DNA of 54,242 nt from Bacteroidales bacterium UBA5537. Its GTDB lineage: Bacteria; Bacteroidota; Bacteroidia; Bacteroidales; Lentimicrobiaceae. Below are positions 27,553 to 37,945 of the stretch, in pieces. The position numbers and the translations under genes were made by a program. The stretch's first letter is position 1, and every line of letters begins with the position of its first letter. Below the pieces are notes generated by a model, which was not told the origin of the DNA, ran no database searches, and saw only the letters and a program-made list of their open reading frames with translations. The DNA lies in assembly GCA_002426025.1 (NCBI GenBank), contig DINP01000102.1, forward strand, positions 58,189-112,430, written 5' to 3'.

Positions 27553-29025
27553 TTAATTTTTCAGTTTGGCTTCGCGGACAGCGGCTTGTTTTGTCCATTC
27601 GGGAATAACCGTTTGTATAAATTCGCTCTTCTTTTTATTGATTTCAGGCATATCGAGGCCGATATATTCCTGAGCCTTGGCTTTGGTCGAAATATCAGGC
27701 ATTGTAATTGGGGTTTTAACGCCTCTTTTTACAAATATTTCGGTAAGGAGAATTCGGGCTTCCTGTGCTTTTTCGATAGAAGTTCCCAACACCCTTAATG
27801 CTTCAACCGGTGAGTGGAATCCCAGGCCGTTTGCGGCTGCAACCCAATCCCAGCGCCATTGTGCATGACGGATGAGGGTAAGAACCGGCTTCATTTCTTC
27901 TTCTGTTGCTCCATTGTCCCAGGCTGTTTTTGCTTCAATATGTACCCTGGCCAGGTTCTTTTCAGCTATCCGTCTCAATTCCTCAACTTTGCCCTGGCGC
28001 TCAACTACGTTACCCATGAGCTTGCTTTCGCTTTCGCGATGACAAACCTGACACGAGCCTGAAATGTTAGCCAATGGGCTTTGTATTTTGTGATCGGTAA
28101 ATTTCATTCCACCTTCACGTTTGTAAGGCATATGGCAATCGGCACATGCAACACCACGATCAGCATGGACTCCCGTCATATATAGTTCAAAATCAGGGTG
28201 CTGTGCTTTCAGGATCGGGGTTCTGCTGAGCTTATGAACGAAGTCAACATGCTCAACTTCATCGTAGTAGGTCTCCATATTGTCGGCACTGAATCCTTTA
28301 TCCCAGGGGAAGGTGAGATACTTACCTTCTCCTTTGAAGTAATACTCAACGTGGCATTGCGCACAAACCAATGAGCGCATTTCCTGATGGGTAGCTTTGG
28401 TAATGTCTTTGCCCATTCTCTGGAACGCTTCAACCAGGGCTGGCCTTGTAACTCTAAGGTTCATGGTTTTTGGGTCGTGACAATCCTGACAACCAATGTT
28501 ATTTACAACTTCATGTCCAAGATCTTTCCATTTCCCTTTATAAAATTCAGCTACGCCCATTTCTTCCATCAATCTGGGAACATCGGGACTTTTGCACGTC
28601 CAGCAGGTAGCCGGCTGCGGAACATCGGTTCTGAGCGTTTCACGGATGTCCTTAACAGCATAGTAGTGGCCTCGCCCCTGATTGTACTCGCGCGAAAAGG
28701 CATATCCTGCCCACAATACAACCAGTTCCGGATATTTTTCCAGATAATCAATAGTTGCCGAACCGCCATGGGCACTGCTGAAACTGGTGTCGAGTGTACT
28801 TGCGTATGTTTCATATTCCCTCGGGAAATTCTCACCCCAAACTTCGTTACGTGGTTCCCAGTCGGGAATTTCTTTCACTGTTTGAAAGTATAATTTCGAT
28901 TCAGTTCTTCGTTCCAGAATAGAAGAAGCGAACAGGCCCAGTCCGAATACAATGACTACTGTTGCCAGAAAGATTAGCCAGTTGATCCAGGGTTTACGGC
29001 CGGTTTTATTTGTATTATTTTCCAT
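27553..29025 (-). CDS. nrfA: Pentaheme cytochrome c nitrite reductase, catalytic subunit
   Basis: Lys-ligated CWTCK plus four CxxCH motifs (CQDCH, CAQCH, CADCH, CQVCH); KAQHPDFE. Confidence 0.97.
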   Translation of the reverse strand: MENNTNKTGRKPWINWLIFLATVVIVFGLGLFASSILERRTESKLYFQTVKEIPDWEPRNEVWGENFPREYETYASTLDTSFSSAHGGSATIDYLEKYPELVVLWAGYAFSREYNQGRGHYYAVKDIRETLRTDVPQPATCWTCKSPDVPRLMEEMGVAEFYKGKWKDLGHEVVNNIGCQDCHDPKTMNLRVTRPALVEAFQRMGKDITKATHQEMRSLVCAQCHVEYYFKGEGKYLTFPWDKGFSADNMETYYDEVEHVDFVHKLSRTPILKAQHPDFELYMTGVHADRGVACADCHMPYKREGGMKFTDHKIQSPLANISGSCQVCHRESESKLMGNVVERQGKVEELRRIAEKNLARVHIEAKTAWDNGATEEEMKPVLTLIRHAQWRWDWVAAANGLGFHSPVEALRVLGTSIEKAQEARILLTEIFVKRGVKTPITMPDISTKAKAQEYIGLDMPEINKKKSEFIQTVIPEWTKQAAVREAKLKN

Positions 29026-29040
29026 GATGATATGTTTATA

Positions 29041-29643
29041 TTATTCGTTGGTTTTGTTTTCATTCAATGCCTTCTCCATCCATTTTGGAATCACCGATTC
29101 CATGCGGGGAATCAGCGTAAATGGTGCAGCGGAGAGGCTGTTAACTGTTCCATGCGGTGTTTCGCGATGGCAATCCCAGCATCTTGCACCTTCGCCCTCC
29201 TTGTGGTTGTCGGCAGTTACCTGAACCGCCCTAACCATGCTGATAAGTTCGTAATGGCATCGTATGCAGTTTTCCTGTACCACGTTGGCACCGGCTTGCT
29301 TTATCTGAATTACCTGAGGTTCGGCCCTTGCTGTGAAAATCGTAGCGTGGCGAAGGCCATCACTAGCTTTGAAGAAATACTTTCTGAAAACATTATCGTG
29401 TGGCACATGACAATCGTTGCAGCTTGCCACTTCGCGGTGGCTGCTGTGTGTCCATGATGCATACTGAGTGTACATTACATGGCAGTTTATACAGGTTTTC
29501 GGATCGTCAGAGAGGTAGGAGTGGGCATTAGAAGCCCTGAATATCAGCACTCCGATCCCGACTAAAATCCCAAGCATTATTATTACGGGAACCTGCCATC
29601 GGCCGGGTGGTTTAAGTAATTTTAAGAGTTGTATCATATACAT
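29041..29643 (-). CDS. nrfH: Tetraheme cytochrome c nitrite reductase small subunit (NapC/NirT family)
   Basis: N-terminal TM; CINCH, CNDCH, CIRCH, CWDCH. Confidence 0.95.
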   Translation of the reverse strand: MYMIQLLKLLKPPGRWQVPVIIMLGILVGIGVLIFRASNAHSYLSDDPKTCINCHVMYTQYASWTHSSHREVASCNDCHVPHDNVFRKYFFKASDGLRHATIFTARAEPQVIQIKQAGANVVQENCIRCHYELISMVRAVQVTADNHKEGEGARCWDCHRETPHGTVNSLSAAPFTLIPRMESVIPKWMEKALNENKTNE

Positions 29644-29708
29644 TAGTTTAAAGCTGTCTGCTTCAGTTTAGAAATAGGTATTAAAGTACTTGATTGGTAT
29701 ATCATGAG

Positions 29709-29716
29709 CAAATTTA
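29709..29716 (-). promoter_or_regulatory. -7 element for nrfHA
   Basis: Minus strand TAAATTTG (TAnnTTTG). Confidence 0.5.
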
Positions 29717-29847
29717 TTAAATATTCCTTTATAACTGGGCATGTAATCCTAATAGAAAGGTATTTATAGTGATTCCAAATAGTAACCTGAATAACAAGCA
29801 GCTATCAGATTATATAACCTTGAAAATAACGAAGATACAACGCATAT

Positions 29848-32800
29848 TTACCTGGAAATGACCACTTTTTGTTCACCAATTATTCGCGGTCCGTCTTTCA
29901 GTACAAAAAGATAGGTGCCTGAAGTCAACTGGCTGACATCAATAATCTGTTGCCCGTAAGAGTTGGCAAGTTTAAATTCACCGGAAAGTTGTCCCGAGAT
30001 AGAGTGTATTTTCAGCATACCATCGGTTAGGTCGGATTCGGAATAATAGTCAATAACTACAAAATCTCTTGCCGGGACAGGATAAACTGTAAATCCGTCA
30101 CCTGAAAATACAACTGGCGGGATTGAAGGTGGTTGTGCCGCCTGATAACTCCCCGGGAAAAGATAGGGATGGTTGTAGGTAAGTGAACTGTAGAATTCAA
30201 GTGCATTTATAGCAAATACTTCTGTCTCGGGAAACTGCATCAGATAATAAAGTGATTCGGTCTGCTCAGAGTTAAGGGTGTCAGGCAATAATCCATTACT
30301 GCTAATCTGCTTTGTAAATTCAAACAGGGATTCGAGGTGCGCATGTTTATCCATATCCAGATTATCAAAAACAACTTGCATATGGGATAAAATATCATCG
30401 GCAATACTTGATTGTCCTGCATCAAGGGCTTTAAAAGCTGCGAGGTAATGGCTTTCGGGCCTGTCGTCGCTTCGCAGATGCTCAATAAGCAGAGTTTGCT
30501 GATTGTCAGCTAATTCAGGAATTGAAAATTCAAAAGCCAGTTTCCCGAATAGAAAATCCCTTCTTGCGCGGATATCAGCCATAAGTGACTCCTGCAATTC
30601 AAGTCCGGAATAGTGATTATATAAATTAGCCAGTTCAGCAATCATATAATTTGTGAGTGGCGGGCTCATGCCTTCTATGGCCTCCATCAGCGGCTTATTC
30701 CTGATAAAGTGAGGATTTTGCAGCAGCACTTTATGAATTAACACATTGGGTATGTTACCTTGTTGCGAAACCAGAGCGGAAAGAATTTGAGGCGAAAGGA
30801 ACGGGGAAATATTTAGTAATCTGGCAATAAGCTCTTGAGCCCTGACCGGGGTGCAGCTTTCAATTTCAGCCATTAGCAGCGCTTTATTTCCATTGTCGAG
30901 CTTCGAATGGAAGTTTGCATCCGTTTGCCCCGAAAGTTCATTGTAGTAGGCAAATTGCCCGGCCAGTAGGTCTCCGCTCATGGTCAAATATTCGGGCCTG
31001 AAAGCACTGTCAGCCGGGAACGGCATAATTCCCTCAACAGGATAAACCTGGAAATAGCGTATTGGATCCTTGTTAAGAGAGTCAGCATTATTGGAAAAAT
31101 GGTAGAAGATATTTTTTCCGGCGTTGTGGATATCGCTGTCGCGATGCAGTTTGCTACGGCTGAAACGGTTGCCTGCAGGAGCAGCCGTGCCTGATCCGGT
31201 TGACCCCTGATGTAGTGCTATTCCGTTGTTTGTTAGTATACTGTCGTTGGTAATACAGATGTCATACTCATTTCCGTTAAACCAATTGAACAAAATCCGG
31301 AGGCCGGAAAATCCGTCAATACTTCGGTTTTCGTTTTGGGCAATCAGGGCAAAGTTTGTATTGGAAATACTGTTGCCAAAGATGGTTTGGTTTGTTTCAC
31401 CGCTTTGATTTACAATAATTCCGGATGATTTCGATTTTGGGACTATAATTCCCAAAGGCCCTTTAATGGCATTTCCCGATAGTTCGGAAAAGGCACAATG
31501 ATCCATGTAAATGGCAGCTGAAGAAGGCGTAAGGCTGTCGTTAATGCTGGGAGAATTCAGGTTGAAATAGCTGTCCTTCACACTGCTGAGGTTCATTCCG
31601 GCAAGGTAAACACCAGTGAGGTTGCGCTCGAACCTGGCATTGGAAATATGAGCCTGATCGGCCGGAGTAGAGGTGGTAGCATGTATGCCTGTTGCCAACT
31701 GCCGGAATAAGGCATTCGTATTTATTCCAAAGGGGATGGAATCATTTGTCGGGAGTTTGTCGACAATAAATGAGGCATTATAACTATTTATCCCGGTTGC
31801 CCTATCCCGGTAAGGGATTGGAGAAAGAGGCAACAGATTCTCAAACTGGCAACTTGTAAATTTAATACCATCCGAACCTTTAATAGTAACCAGATCGCCT
31901 GGAACTGTTCCGTCGGGAAGTGTTTTGTTGATTAAAAACTGGCAAAGTGTAAATTCCGAAGGGTTTTTGCCGGAAGTAGAGTTAATCTCAACAGCCCTGA
32001 TGTTGTTGATAAATTTGGCATTATGGGCATAAATAATTCCACCACCTGCTCCGGAAATTATATTTCCCTCTTCATCGAGGCCTATCGTTTTTATAGCCGT
32101 ATCAGCATATTGAATCGAACCACCATGGAGTAAGCTTATTTTGCCCTGCGGAAGTGCCTGATTACTATAATCGGCAGATCCATAAAGTCTTATGCCGTTC
32201 CACAAGCCTGCGCAATCGTTGCTGATACATGCCTGATCTATGATTAGCTCACCGCCGGGTTTCACATGAATGGTCCTGTCAATGCCCATTTCAATGTCTG
32301 CTTTTACAGTTAGCCTGCCACCTTTGTTTATAACCACATCCTGAAGGACTTTGCGCTTACCTGACCACTCAACTGTATCGTTGATAACAAGATTGCCTTC
32401 GGTAAGCGGGAGGCAAAGGTCTGTTTCCCAAAGTCCACGGCCGAATGTGCCTGCAATTATTTTCTTGCGGCTGTAACTGACTTCAATATCTGCAACAATG
32501 GTTAACGGGAACCCGGTTCCGTAACGTTCCCATTGGTTCATGTTTTCGTCTCGATAGAATATACCGGCATCGGTTGCGGCAAGCAGTACATCATATCCAG
32601 CGCCTTCGATGTAGGTAATTGTATTAACCGGTAGAGCAGGAAGTCCTTCAGAGTAGTTCTGCCAGGTAGATCCTCCATCAGAAGTCATATAAACACGGCG
32701 ATTTTCCCACTCTCCGTCGAGCGATAGCCATAATTTATTTGGTTGTTCAGGATGAAATGTGATGTCAGAAATGCCTGCATATTCAACACTCAATGATCCG

Positions 32801-34716
32801 ATAGGGGTTATGTTGAACCAATGGTTGCCTCCATCAGGGGTAATCCAGAGTTTGGAAGGATTAGGTAAACTCCAGTTAGGATTTTCAAATGCTGCCGCAA
32901 TTACTTTATTGTTTGAAGGTGCGATTCTGATGGCAATTAGTTTTGGATCGCCCTCTGCGGGGAAATTGCTGATTTTTTGCCATGTTTCAGCCCCGTCGAT
33001 GGTTTTCCATACATTTCGCACGCCCACATACAAAGTATTGTGGTCCTCGGGGTCCATCGCGATTGGTTTGTCGTTCCGTCCGATCTCTGTTGAATCAGGA
33101 ATACCATAATAATTGAAAAAATTGCCTCCATCAACCGACTTAAGCAGGAAAATATGAGGTCTTGAGAAGTTAGGTGGAACACTGACCAGGTAAACTATTT
33201 TTGGGTCGGTATAGTCAATTAAGCCATCATAGGCATCTGACACCTTGGCGTTTTTAGTCCAGGTTCCTGTCTGAAAATTATAAAATGACAGGTTTGCATC
33301 CTGAGGCCCTGCATACATCATATTGCTGTTTTCGCCGATTGTAATATTATGGAACTGAGTTATATTCAGCCCATTACGTGTAATATCATACCAGGATTCA
33401 GCCCCGGTTTCCGATTTGCTTACGCCTCCATCATTGGCCATAAACATCAGGTCTTTATCCTTACCGGGGAAGACATGCAAATCGCGTATGTCATGGTGGT
33501 ACCTGTGATTGCTGCAAAAGATGTATTTTGCCGAGTCTTCTTCAATCCTGTATTTGTAGAGCCATATTCCGCCCAGATAAAACTCGTTCTCATCGGCAGG
33601 CGAAATCTTAAATTCCATCTTCCAGTAACCTGAAAAGGGATTGTATTTTAAATGTATGTCGCTGTATGTTAATCCATTGTCGGTTGATTTGAAGATTCGG
33701 TGTTGCGCAGACTGATTCACACCGGTTGTGTCAAAACTCTCCGACATAACCAGCAGAAGATCGGGATTGGATACAGTTTTAGCAACTTCAACGCGGCTGA
33801 TTACATAATTGGTATCAAGAGTAATTGTACCTGACTGGTCGTTCCAGGTGATTCCAGCATCTGTGCTCTTTAGGAAGCGGTTGCCGGTAGCGTAAATCGT
33901 TTCATGGTCTGCAGGGTCCTGAATAAGTGAGAACAATTCAGCGCCGTTATCAGAATAAACAGCTTCCCATGTTGCGGCAGCATCCGTGGTGCGATAAATT
34001 AACCCCTTTTGCCTGTACTCTGTGTTAACCAATGCCAGCATTGTGTCAGACTGATGAGGAAAAATAAACAGTTCCCGAACCGTGAAATTGGCAGCCATAA
34101 TTTCACTGTTGAGTCCTGTGTCTTCCCAGCTGACTCCGCCATCAAGGCTTTTCATAACGCCATTGCCATAAGCCCTGCCGAAACTTAAATTGCCGGTGCC
34201 AATGTAGATTTTGTTTTTATCTAATGGGTCAACCTGAATACTTAAAACGCCGGTTGTCAGGTAGTTATCTGTAAGGGATATCCAGTTCTGGCCGCCATCT
34301 GAAGTTCTGAAAATTCCTCCGGTATTGCTGCCTGCATAAATAGTCTGGAAATCAGTAGTGTCAATCCAGATAGAGGCTACCAGGCCAAGCTGCGAAAGCA
34401 CTTCATCTGTAGGCTTAAAAGGGCCAAGAGGATACCATTGGGCTGATTGATAATTATCAGGGATTTCACGTTCTGAAGTTGAAATTTGAAATGATTTTAA
34501 AGCCTGGTAATAGTTGCCCATGCTACCATTAATGTCAGCCCTGGCCGATGCAAACCATTCCTGGCGCATGAACTGTTTGCCCTTTAGAGCAGGGTGGTTT
34601 TTATTGTAATTCTGAGCTGATATCTTATTTTCAAGGCCGGAAATCAAATACAAAGAAATAAGGATTGCCAGGGAAAGTAACGAACGCTTTGAATATGTGG
34701 AGATATTTGTTTTCAT
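29848..34716 (-). CDS. T9SS type A cargo: BNR/VPS10-like beta-propeller(s), parallel beta-helix region, helical region, CTD
   Basis: Signal ending ISA-Q; Asp-box repeats (RTSDGGQNW, KSLDGGVSW, KSTDAGITW, KSVDGG, TSDGGSTW); CTD VYPVPARD...LTSGTYLFVL. Confidence 0.88.
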   Translation of the reverse strand: MKTNISTYSKRSLLSLAILISLYLISGLENKISAQNYNKNHPALKGKQFMRQEWFASARADINGSMGNYYQALKSFQISTSEREIPDNYQSAQWYPLGPFKPTDEVLSQLGLVASIWIDTTDFQTIYAGSNTGGIFRTSDGGQNWISLTDNYLTTGVLSIQVDPLDKNKIYIGTGNLSFGRAYGNGVMKSLDGGVSWEDTGLNSEIMAANFTVRELFIFPHQSDTMLALVNTEYRQKGLIYRTTDAAATWEAVYSDNGAELFSLIQDPADHETIYATGNRFLKSTDAGITWNDQSGTITLDTNYVISRVEVAKTVSNPDLLLVMSESFDTTGVNQSAQHRIFKSTDNGLTYSDIHLKYNPFSGYWKMEFKISPADENEFYLGGIWLYKYRIEEDSAKYIFCSNHRYHHDIRDLHVFPGKDKDLMFMANDGGVSKSETGAESWYDITRNGLNITQFHNITIGENSNMMYAGPQDANLSFYNFQTGTWTKNAKVSDAYDGLIDYTDPKIVYLVSVPPNFSRPHIFLLKSVDGGNFFNYYGIPDSTEIGRNDKPIAMDPEDHNTLYVGVRNVWKTIDGAETWQKISNFPAEGDPKLIAIRIAPSNNKVIAAAFENPNWSLPNPSKLWITPDGGNHWFNITPIGSLSVEYAGISDITFHPEQPNKLWLSLDGEWENRRVYMTSDGGSTWQNYSEGLPALPVNTITYIEGAGYDVLLAATDAGIFYRDENMNQWERYGTGFPLTIVADIEVSYSRKKIIAGTFGRGLWETDLCLPLTEGNLVINDTVEWSGKRKVLQDVVINKGGRLTVKADIEMGIDRTIHVKPGGELIIDQACISNDCAGLWNGIRLYGSADYSNQALPQGKISLLHGGSIQYADTAIKTIGLDEEGNIISGAGGGIIYAHNAKFINNIRAVEINSTSGKNPSEFTLCQFLINKTLPDGTVPGDLVTIKGSDGIKFTSCQFENLLPLSPIPYRDRATGINSYNASFIVDKLPTNDSIPFGINTNALFRQLATGIHATTSTPADQAHISNARFERNLTGVYLAGMNLSSVKDSYFNLNSPSINDSLTPSSAAIYMDHCAFSELSGNAIKGPLGIIVPKSKSSGIIVNQSGETNQTIFGNSISNTNFALIAQNENRSIDGFSGLRILFNWFNGNEYDICITNDSILTNNGIALHQGSTGSGTAAPAGNRFSRSKLHRDSDIHNAGKNIFYHFSNNADSLNKDPIRYFQVYPVEGIMPFPADSAFRPEYLTMSGDLLAGQFAYYNELSGQTDANFHSKLDNGNKALLMAEIESCTPVRAQELIARLLNISPFLSPQILSALVSQQGNIPNVLIHKVLLQNPHFIRNKPLMEAIEGMSPPLTNYMIAELANLYNHYSGLELQESLMADIRARRDFLFGKLAFEFSIPELADNQQTLLIEHLRSDDRPESHYLAAFKALDAGQSSIADDILSHMQVVFDNLDMDKHAHLESLFEFTKQISSNGLLPDTLNSEQTESLYYLMQFPETEVFAINALEFYSSLTYNHPYLFPGSYQAAQPPSIPPVVFSGDGFTVYPVPARDFVVIDYYSESDLTDGMLKIHSISGQLSGEFKLANSYGQQIIDVSQLTSGTYLFVLKDGPRIIGEQKVVISR

Positions 34717-34980
34717 GGTTTTAGCCCGTTCTGAATATGTAGTATGTCAAGTAATGTCAAGGCCAAAAAGAGCCTATTGATTACATTCTGAAATAATTAC
34801 GGTTTCCCGGAAGTGCAAAATGCTGAATCAATATTCCAAAGATAGGCAAATACAAAATAAGTTAAGAGAAGGTCAATGAATATTACTTCTTTCTTGAAAT
34901 GGGAGAGTGTAATACAGATTCGAGTGAATGTATATGCTGACTGGCTTCGCAATATTTCATTCAGGAAACAGGAAAGGAAA

Positions 34981-35295
34981 CTATTGGGTTTTAAGTAACT
35001 TGATAACCAGCACTTTAAAACTACTGACAGAAATATTCTCAAGGCCACGGTTTACACCGGCACCTATAATGATACTCTGGTCTTTCTGCACTAGAAACTT
35101 TTCCGAATCGGACTCAAGCATGGCTTTTCCTTCAAGTACATAAAAAATTACATCGAAGGGATTGGCATGTTTTTCGATCTTTTCGCCTGGTTTTAACTGA
35201 AGGTGGACAACATCAGCAGCATCGTGATGAGCAACAATATGCCCGTCGAGGGCAAACTGAACCTTAGGCGCTTCTTGCAGTCTGGTAATTTTCAT
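34981..35295 (-). CDS. Cupin-domain protein
   Basis: LKPGEKIEKHANP..FYVLEGK cupin motif; overlaps the upstream gene by 32 nt. Confidence 0.85.
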   Translation of the reverse strand: MKITRLQEAPKVQFALDGHIVAHHDAADVVHLQLKPGEKIEKHANPFDVIFYVLEGKAMLESDSEKFLVQKDQSIIIGAGVNRGLENISVSSFKVLVIKLLKTQ

Positions 35296-36829
35296 TACAG
35301 TTTTCCTTTATGATTGATTTCTTCTTTTTTCGTTTACGCGCTCTGTACCACATAATTGTACCGGTGATGATAATGAGCAATGTAGTAAGCCCCATCAATG
35401 GAACATACAGAATGTAAAAATCACCTAAAATTACTGAAAAAATACGGCCGGTATGGACTTCGAGTGCAACATTCCATAAAGAAACCGGTATACCTGAAAT
35501 TTCTGCAGGCATTTTAGGGGCAAATTGTTCATGACCAAGTGGTATCCATCCTGCATCGTAATCAACAATCGCAACAGGAATGGAATTTTTACTGATTACT
35601 CCCGTTACTGCTGTCGCCCCAAAAGGGTTTCCTTGCTTTGTTTCGTTGATGATTTTACCTGTTATCATGTCAATAACCACATTCCGTTCAGGATACCACC
35701 GGAAAAGCCCGCTAAATGACCCAACCATTAATGCCCCATCATCCAGATATTCAAAAGCGGTTATTCCCATTACACTTACCGGGGGTTGAGTACGGAAAGG
35801 CCTGCAAAAGTTTTCTGCTCCCAGATTAGTTTCAAAAAAGCCTTCACTTGTCGAGAAGATCAGGCGTTGATTGGCCGAATCAATAACAAAATCGCGCAAT
35901 TTATCGTGCCAGTGGTTGCGGTTGTTGAGAACAGAACCGGGAATGGGATTGACCCGTGAATTTGCAATGGGTATCAGCAGCGGTGGTCTCAGAAACATGC
36001 CACTGATAACAGTAATAAGCAGGATTATCAAAGCATAAATCCCGATTTTTGTGTGCCATTTTATTGATGACCGGTTAAATTTCTGAAGTCTGAGCCTTAT
36101 TGAAGAACGTATTCTTTTAGCGAATTTAGGCAACAGGGTGTAATAAAATCCACTCAACGTAATGAATACCAAGATTAAACCAACCAGATCAACCAATAGT
36201 TTCCCCGGAATACCAAGCAATTCACCGCTGTGAATTACCCACAGGGAGGTAAAGAGTCCCACTTTCCCATCAGCGCCATCAGGAATGCCGGGTGTGATTT
36301 TTTTGAATTCAGCCTTATCTTTCCGGGTGTCCATATTGTAAAGCTGGTCACGGGTCATTACCCAAAGCTGACTTTGGTATTCTACCAATTTTACTACGCG
36401 TGGGTTATTTTCGGGCAAAGCGATCTTTTGCCAACGTTTAGCAGACGTGTTGTAGTGGAAAAGTCCGAAGAGGCTGCCGGCATACAATTGCTGATCGCTT
36501 GTGCGCAGCATGGTAAATATTTTCCTGTGGTCAATTCCCGTAATGAATCCGCTGTTAAAGTCAGAAAATTGATTAAAAGCGGAATCTGTTTCCCAGATTC
36601 CGATATTTCCATAAACCAATTGTCGGTTGTTTTCTATTGGTAATGAACCTTTTATTGCTGCCAGGTTCCAGTTTTTGTAGCTATAAACAGATGGCATCAG
36701 CTTGCGCGAAACATTCACCCCCGAAAATAATTGCCGGTGATTCATAACTATTCCCGAAAGGGAAAACAAAATCAAAAACAGGCCGATGATCAAGGAAGGC
36801 CATTTATGATATTTGCGGAGAGTCTTCAT
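35264..36829 (-). CDS. PepSY-associated TM helix protein
   Basis: RKYHKWPSL, LWVIHSGELLG, KWHTKIG, ALEVHTGR: conserved His-containing helices of the PepSY_TM family. Confidence 0.85.
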   Translation of the reverse strand: MKTLRKYHKWPSLIIGLFLILFSLSGIVMNHRQLFSGVNVSRKLMPSVYSYKNWNLAAIKGSLPIENNRQLVYGNIGIWETDSAFNQFSDFNSGFITGIDHRKIFTMLRTSDQQLYAGSLFGLFHYNTSAKRWQKIALPENNPRVVKLVEYQSQLWVMTRDQLYNMDTRKDKAEFKKITPGIPDGADGKVGLFTSLWVIHSGELLGIPGKLLVDLVGLILVFITLSGFYYTLLPKFAKRIRSSIRLRLQKFNRSSIKWHTKIGIYALIILLITVISGMFLRPPLLIPIANSRVNPIPGSVLNNRNHWHDKLRDFVIDSANQRLIFSTSEGFFETNLGAENFCRPFRTQPPVSVMGITAFEYLDDGALMVGSFSGLFRWYPERNVVIDMITGKIINETKQGNPFGATAVTGVISKNSIPVAIVDYDAGWIPLGHEQFAPKMPAEISGIPVSLWNVALEVHTGRIFSVILGDFYILYVPLMGLTTLLIIITGTIMWYRARKRKKKKSIIKENCNENYQTARSA

Positions 36830-36851
36830 TTAGGTTGATGGAATGTTGGCC

Positions 36852-36884
36852 CTTCGAAAAGATCTCAGGGTGAAAATGATGGAA
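36852..36884. repeat. 33-bp dispersed element, copy 1 (REP-like CTTCGA..CTCAGGGTGA)
   Basis: cttcgaaaagatctcagggtgaaaatgatggaa; 31/33 identical to 41022-41054. Confidence 0.85.
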
Positions 36885-37055
36885 GAAAGGAAGAATGGAA
36901 GAATGCAAGGATGCAAGGATGGGAAAAGTTTACAACGAATAACTAAAAATTAATAATTACCCGGTTCAGCCTCAGGCATCAATCGTAAATTTAAAATCGT
37001 AAATCGTAAATTCCATTGCCCCATGCCCTGCGCCCTGTGCGCTGTGCCCTGTGCC
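36881..37055. repeat. Cluster of octamer and heptamer tandem microrepeats
   Basis: ggaagaat ggaagaat gcaaggat gcaaggat; AATCGTA x3-4 at 36981-37008; GCCCTGT-like x5 at 37018-37052. Confidence 0.85.
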
Positions 37056-37056
37056 A

Positions 37057-37386
37057 TTAAGCCTTAATCATCGTCAGCACCATTTTAAATTTGGTGATTG
37101 AATTTACAGCATGTGGAATATTGGCCGGCATAATAATTACATCTCCTTCTTTCATTTTGTTGGGCTCACCACCTATCATGATTTCAGCTTCGCCTTCTAC
37201 AATCTGAATCATTGCATCAAAAGGTGCAGTGTGCTCGCTGAGTTTTTGTCCTTTATCAAATGCGAACAGGCTGACGTTTCCGGTACTTTTTTCAAGCACA
37301 CGCATACTTACAATACCGCCATCAGAATATTCAATTTCATTGTTGAAAATAAATGCCTTTCTGTTGTTGAATTTATTTGATTCCAT
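37057..37386 (-). CDS. Cupin-domain protein
   Basis: FDKGQKLSEHTAPFDA..VEGEA..MPANIPHAV; start reassigned to MESNK. Confidence 0.88.
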   Translation of the reverse strand: MESNKFNNRKAFIFNNEIEYSDGGIVSMRVLEKSTGNVSLFAFDKGQKLSEHTAPFDAMIQIVEGEAEIMIGGEPNKMKEGDVIIMPANIPHAVNSITKFKMVLTMIKA

Positions 37387-37411
37387 GTTTTTGATTATTA
37401 GTGGTTTGATA

Positions 37412-37933
37412 TTATTTTTTTGCTGAAAAATAGATGGTATAAATATCGTCATTGCCTTTGCTTACCCAATGGTCGAAATTGAGGCTAGAAGCCTTGTCAA
37501 TCAGCGGAGCAGGTAAGAAAGGTGCAACCAGTTTAAAGATTTTGCCGGTTTCAAGATTTTTCAAATCGGCAACAACCTGGTTTACAGGATGCTCGCCAGC
37601 AGCAAGCATGGGGCGGGCATCAAGTTCGGTGGCGATATTGGTTTCGTTGAACCATTCTGGTTTTTCTGTATTATACATTGCGTTTTCTTTTTGGTTAAAT
37701 AAATCCTGTCCGATTTCGGCTCTTAACTTATTGATAAGGTCTTCAATTTTAACATTGCCAATGGCAGCAGCCTGCTGAATTGTAGCAATTTTTGCCACTG
37801 TTTTCCGCAAAACCGGATTCTGAAGTTTTTTAAAAGCCGGTACATAACCTATAAGTACAGCCTCCAGTTGCGGATAGGCTTCTATAAGTTGCAGGACTTT
37901 GGTTTTTGGGGTTATTATGAGTTCGTTTTCCAT
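37412..37933 (-). CDS. DUF1858-domain protein with C-terminal DUF2249-like domain
   Basis: ITPKTKVLQLIEAYPQLE..LQNPVLRKTVAK; LDARPML..GEHPV..FLPAPLID. Confidence 0.75.
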   Translation of the reverse strand: MENELIITPKTKVLQLIEAYPQLEAVLIGYVPAFKKLQNPVLRKTVAKIATIQQAAAIGNVKIEDLINKLRAEIGQDLFNQKENAMYNTEKPEWFNETNIATELDARPMLAAGEHPVNQVVADLKNLETGKIFKLVAPFLPAPLIDKASSLNFDHWVSKGNDDIYTIYFSAKK

Positions 37934-37945
37934 TGGAAATTAATT

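Noticed and set aside
29690-29705. FNR/Crp-like site TTGAT-N6-ATCAT upstream of nrfH
   Set aside because: Spacer is 6 rather than the 4 nt of an FNR box, it does not fit the Crp consensus, and no such regulator is in the window
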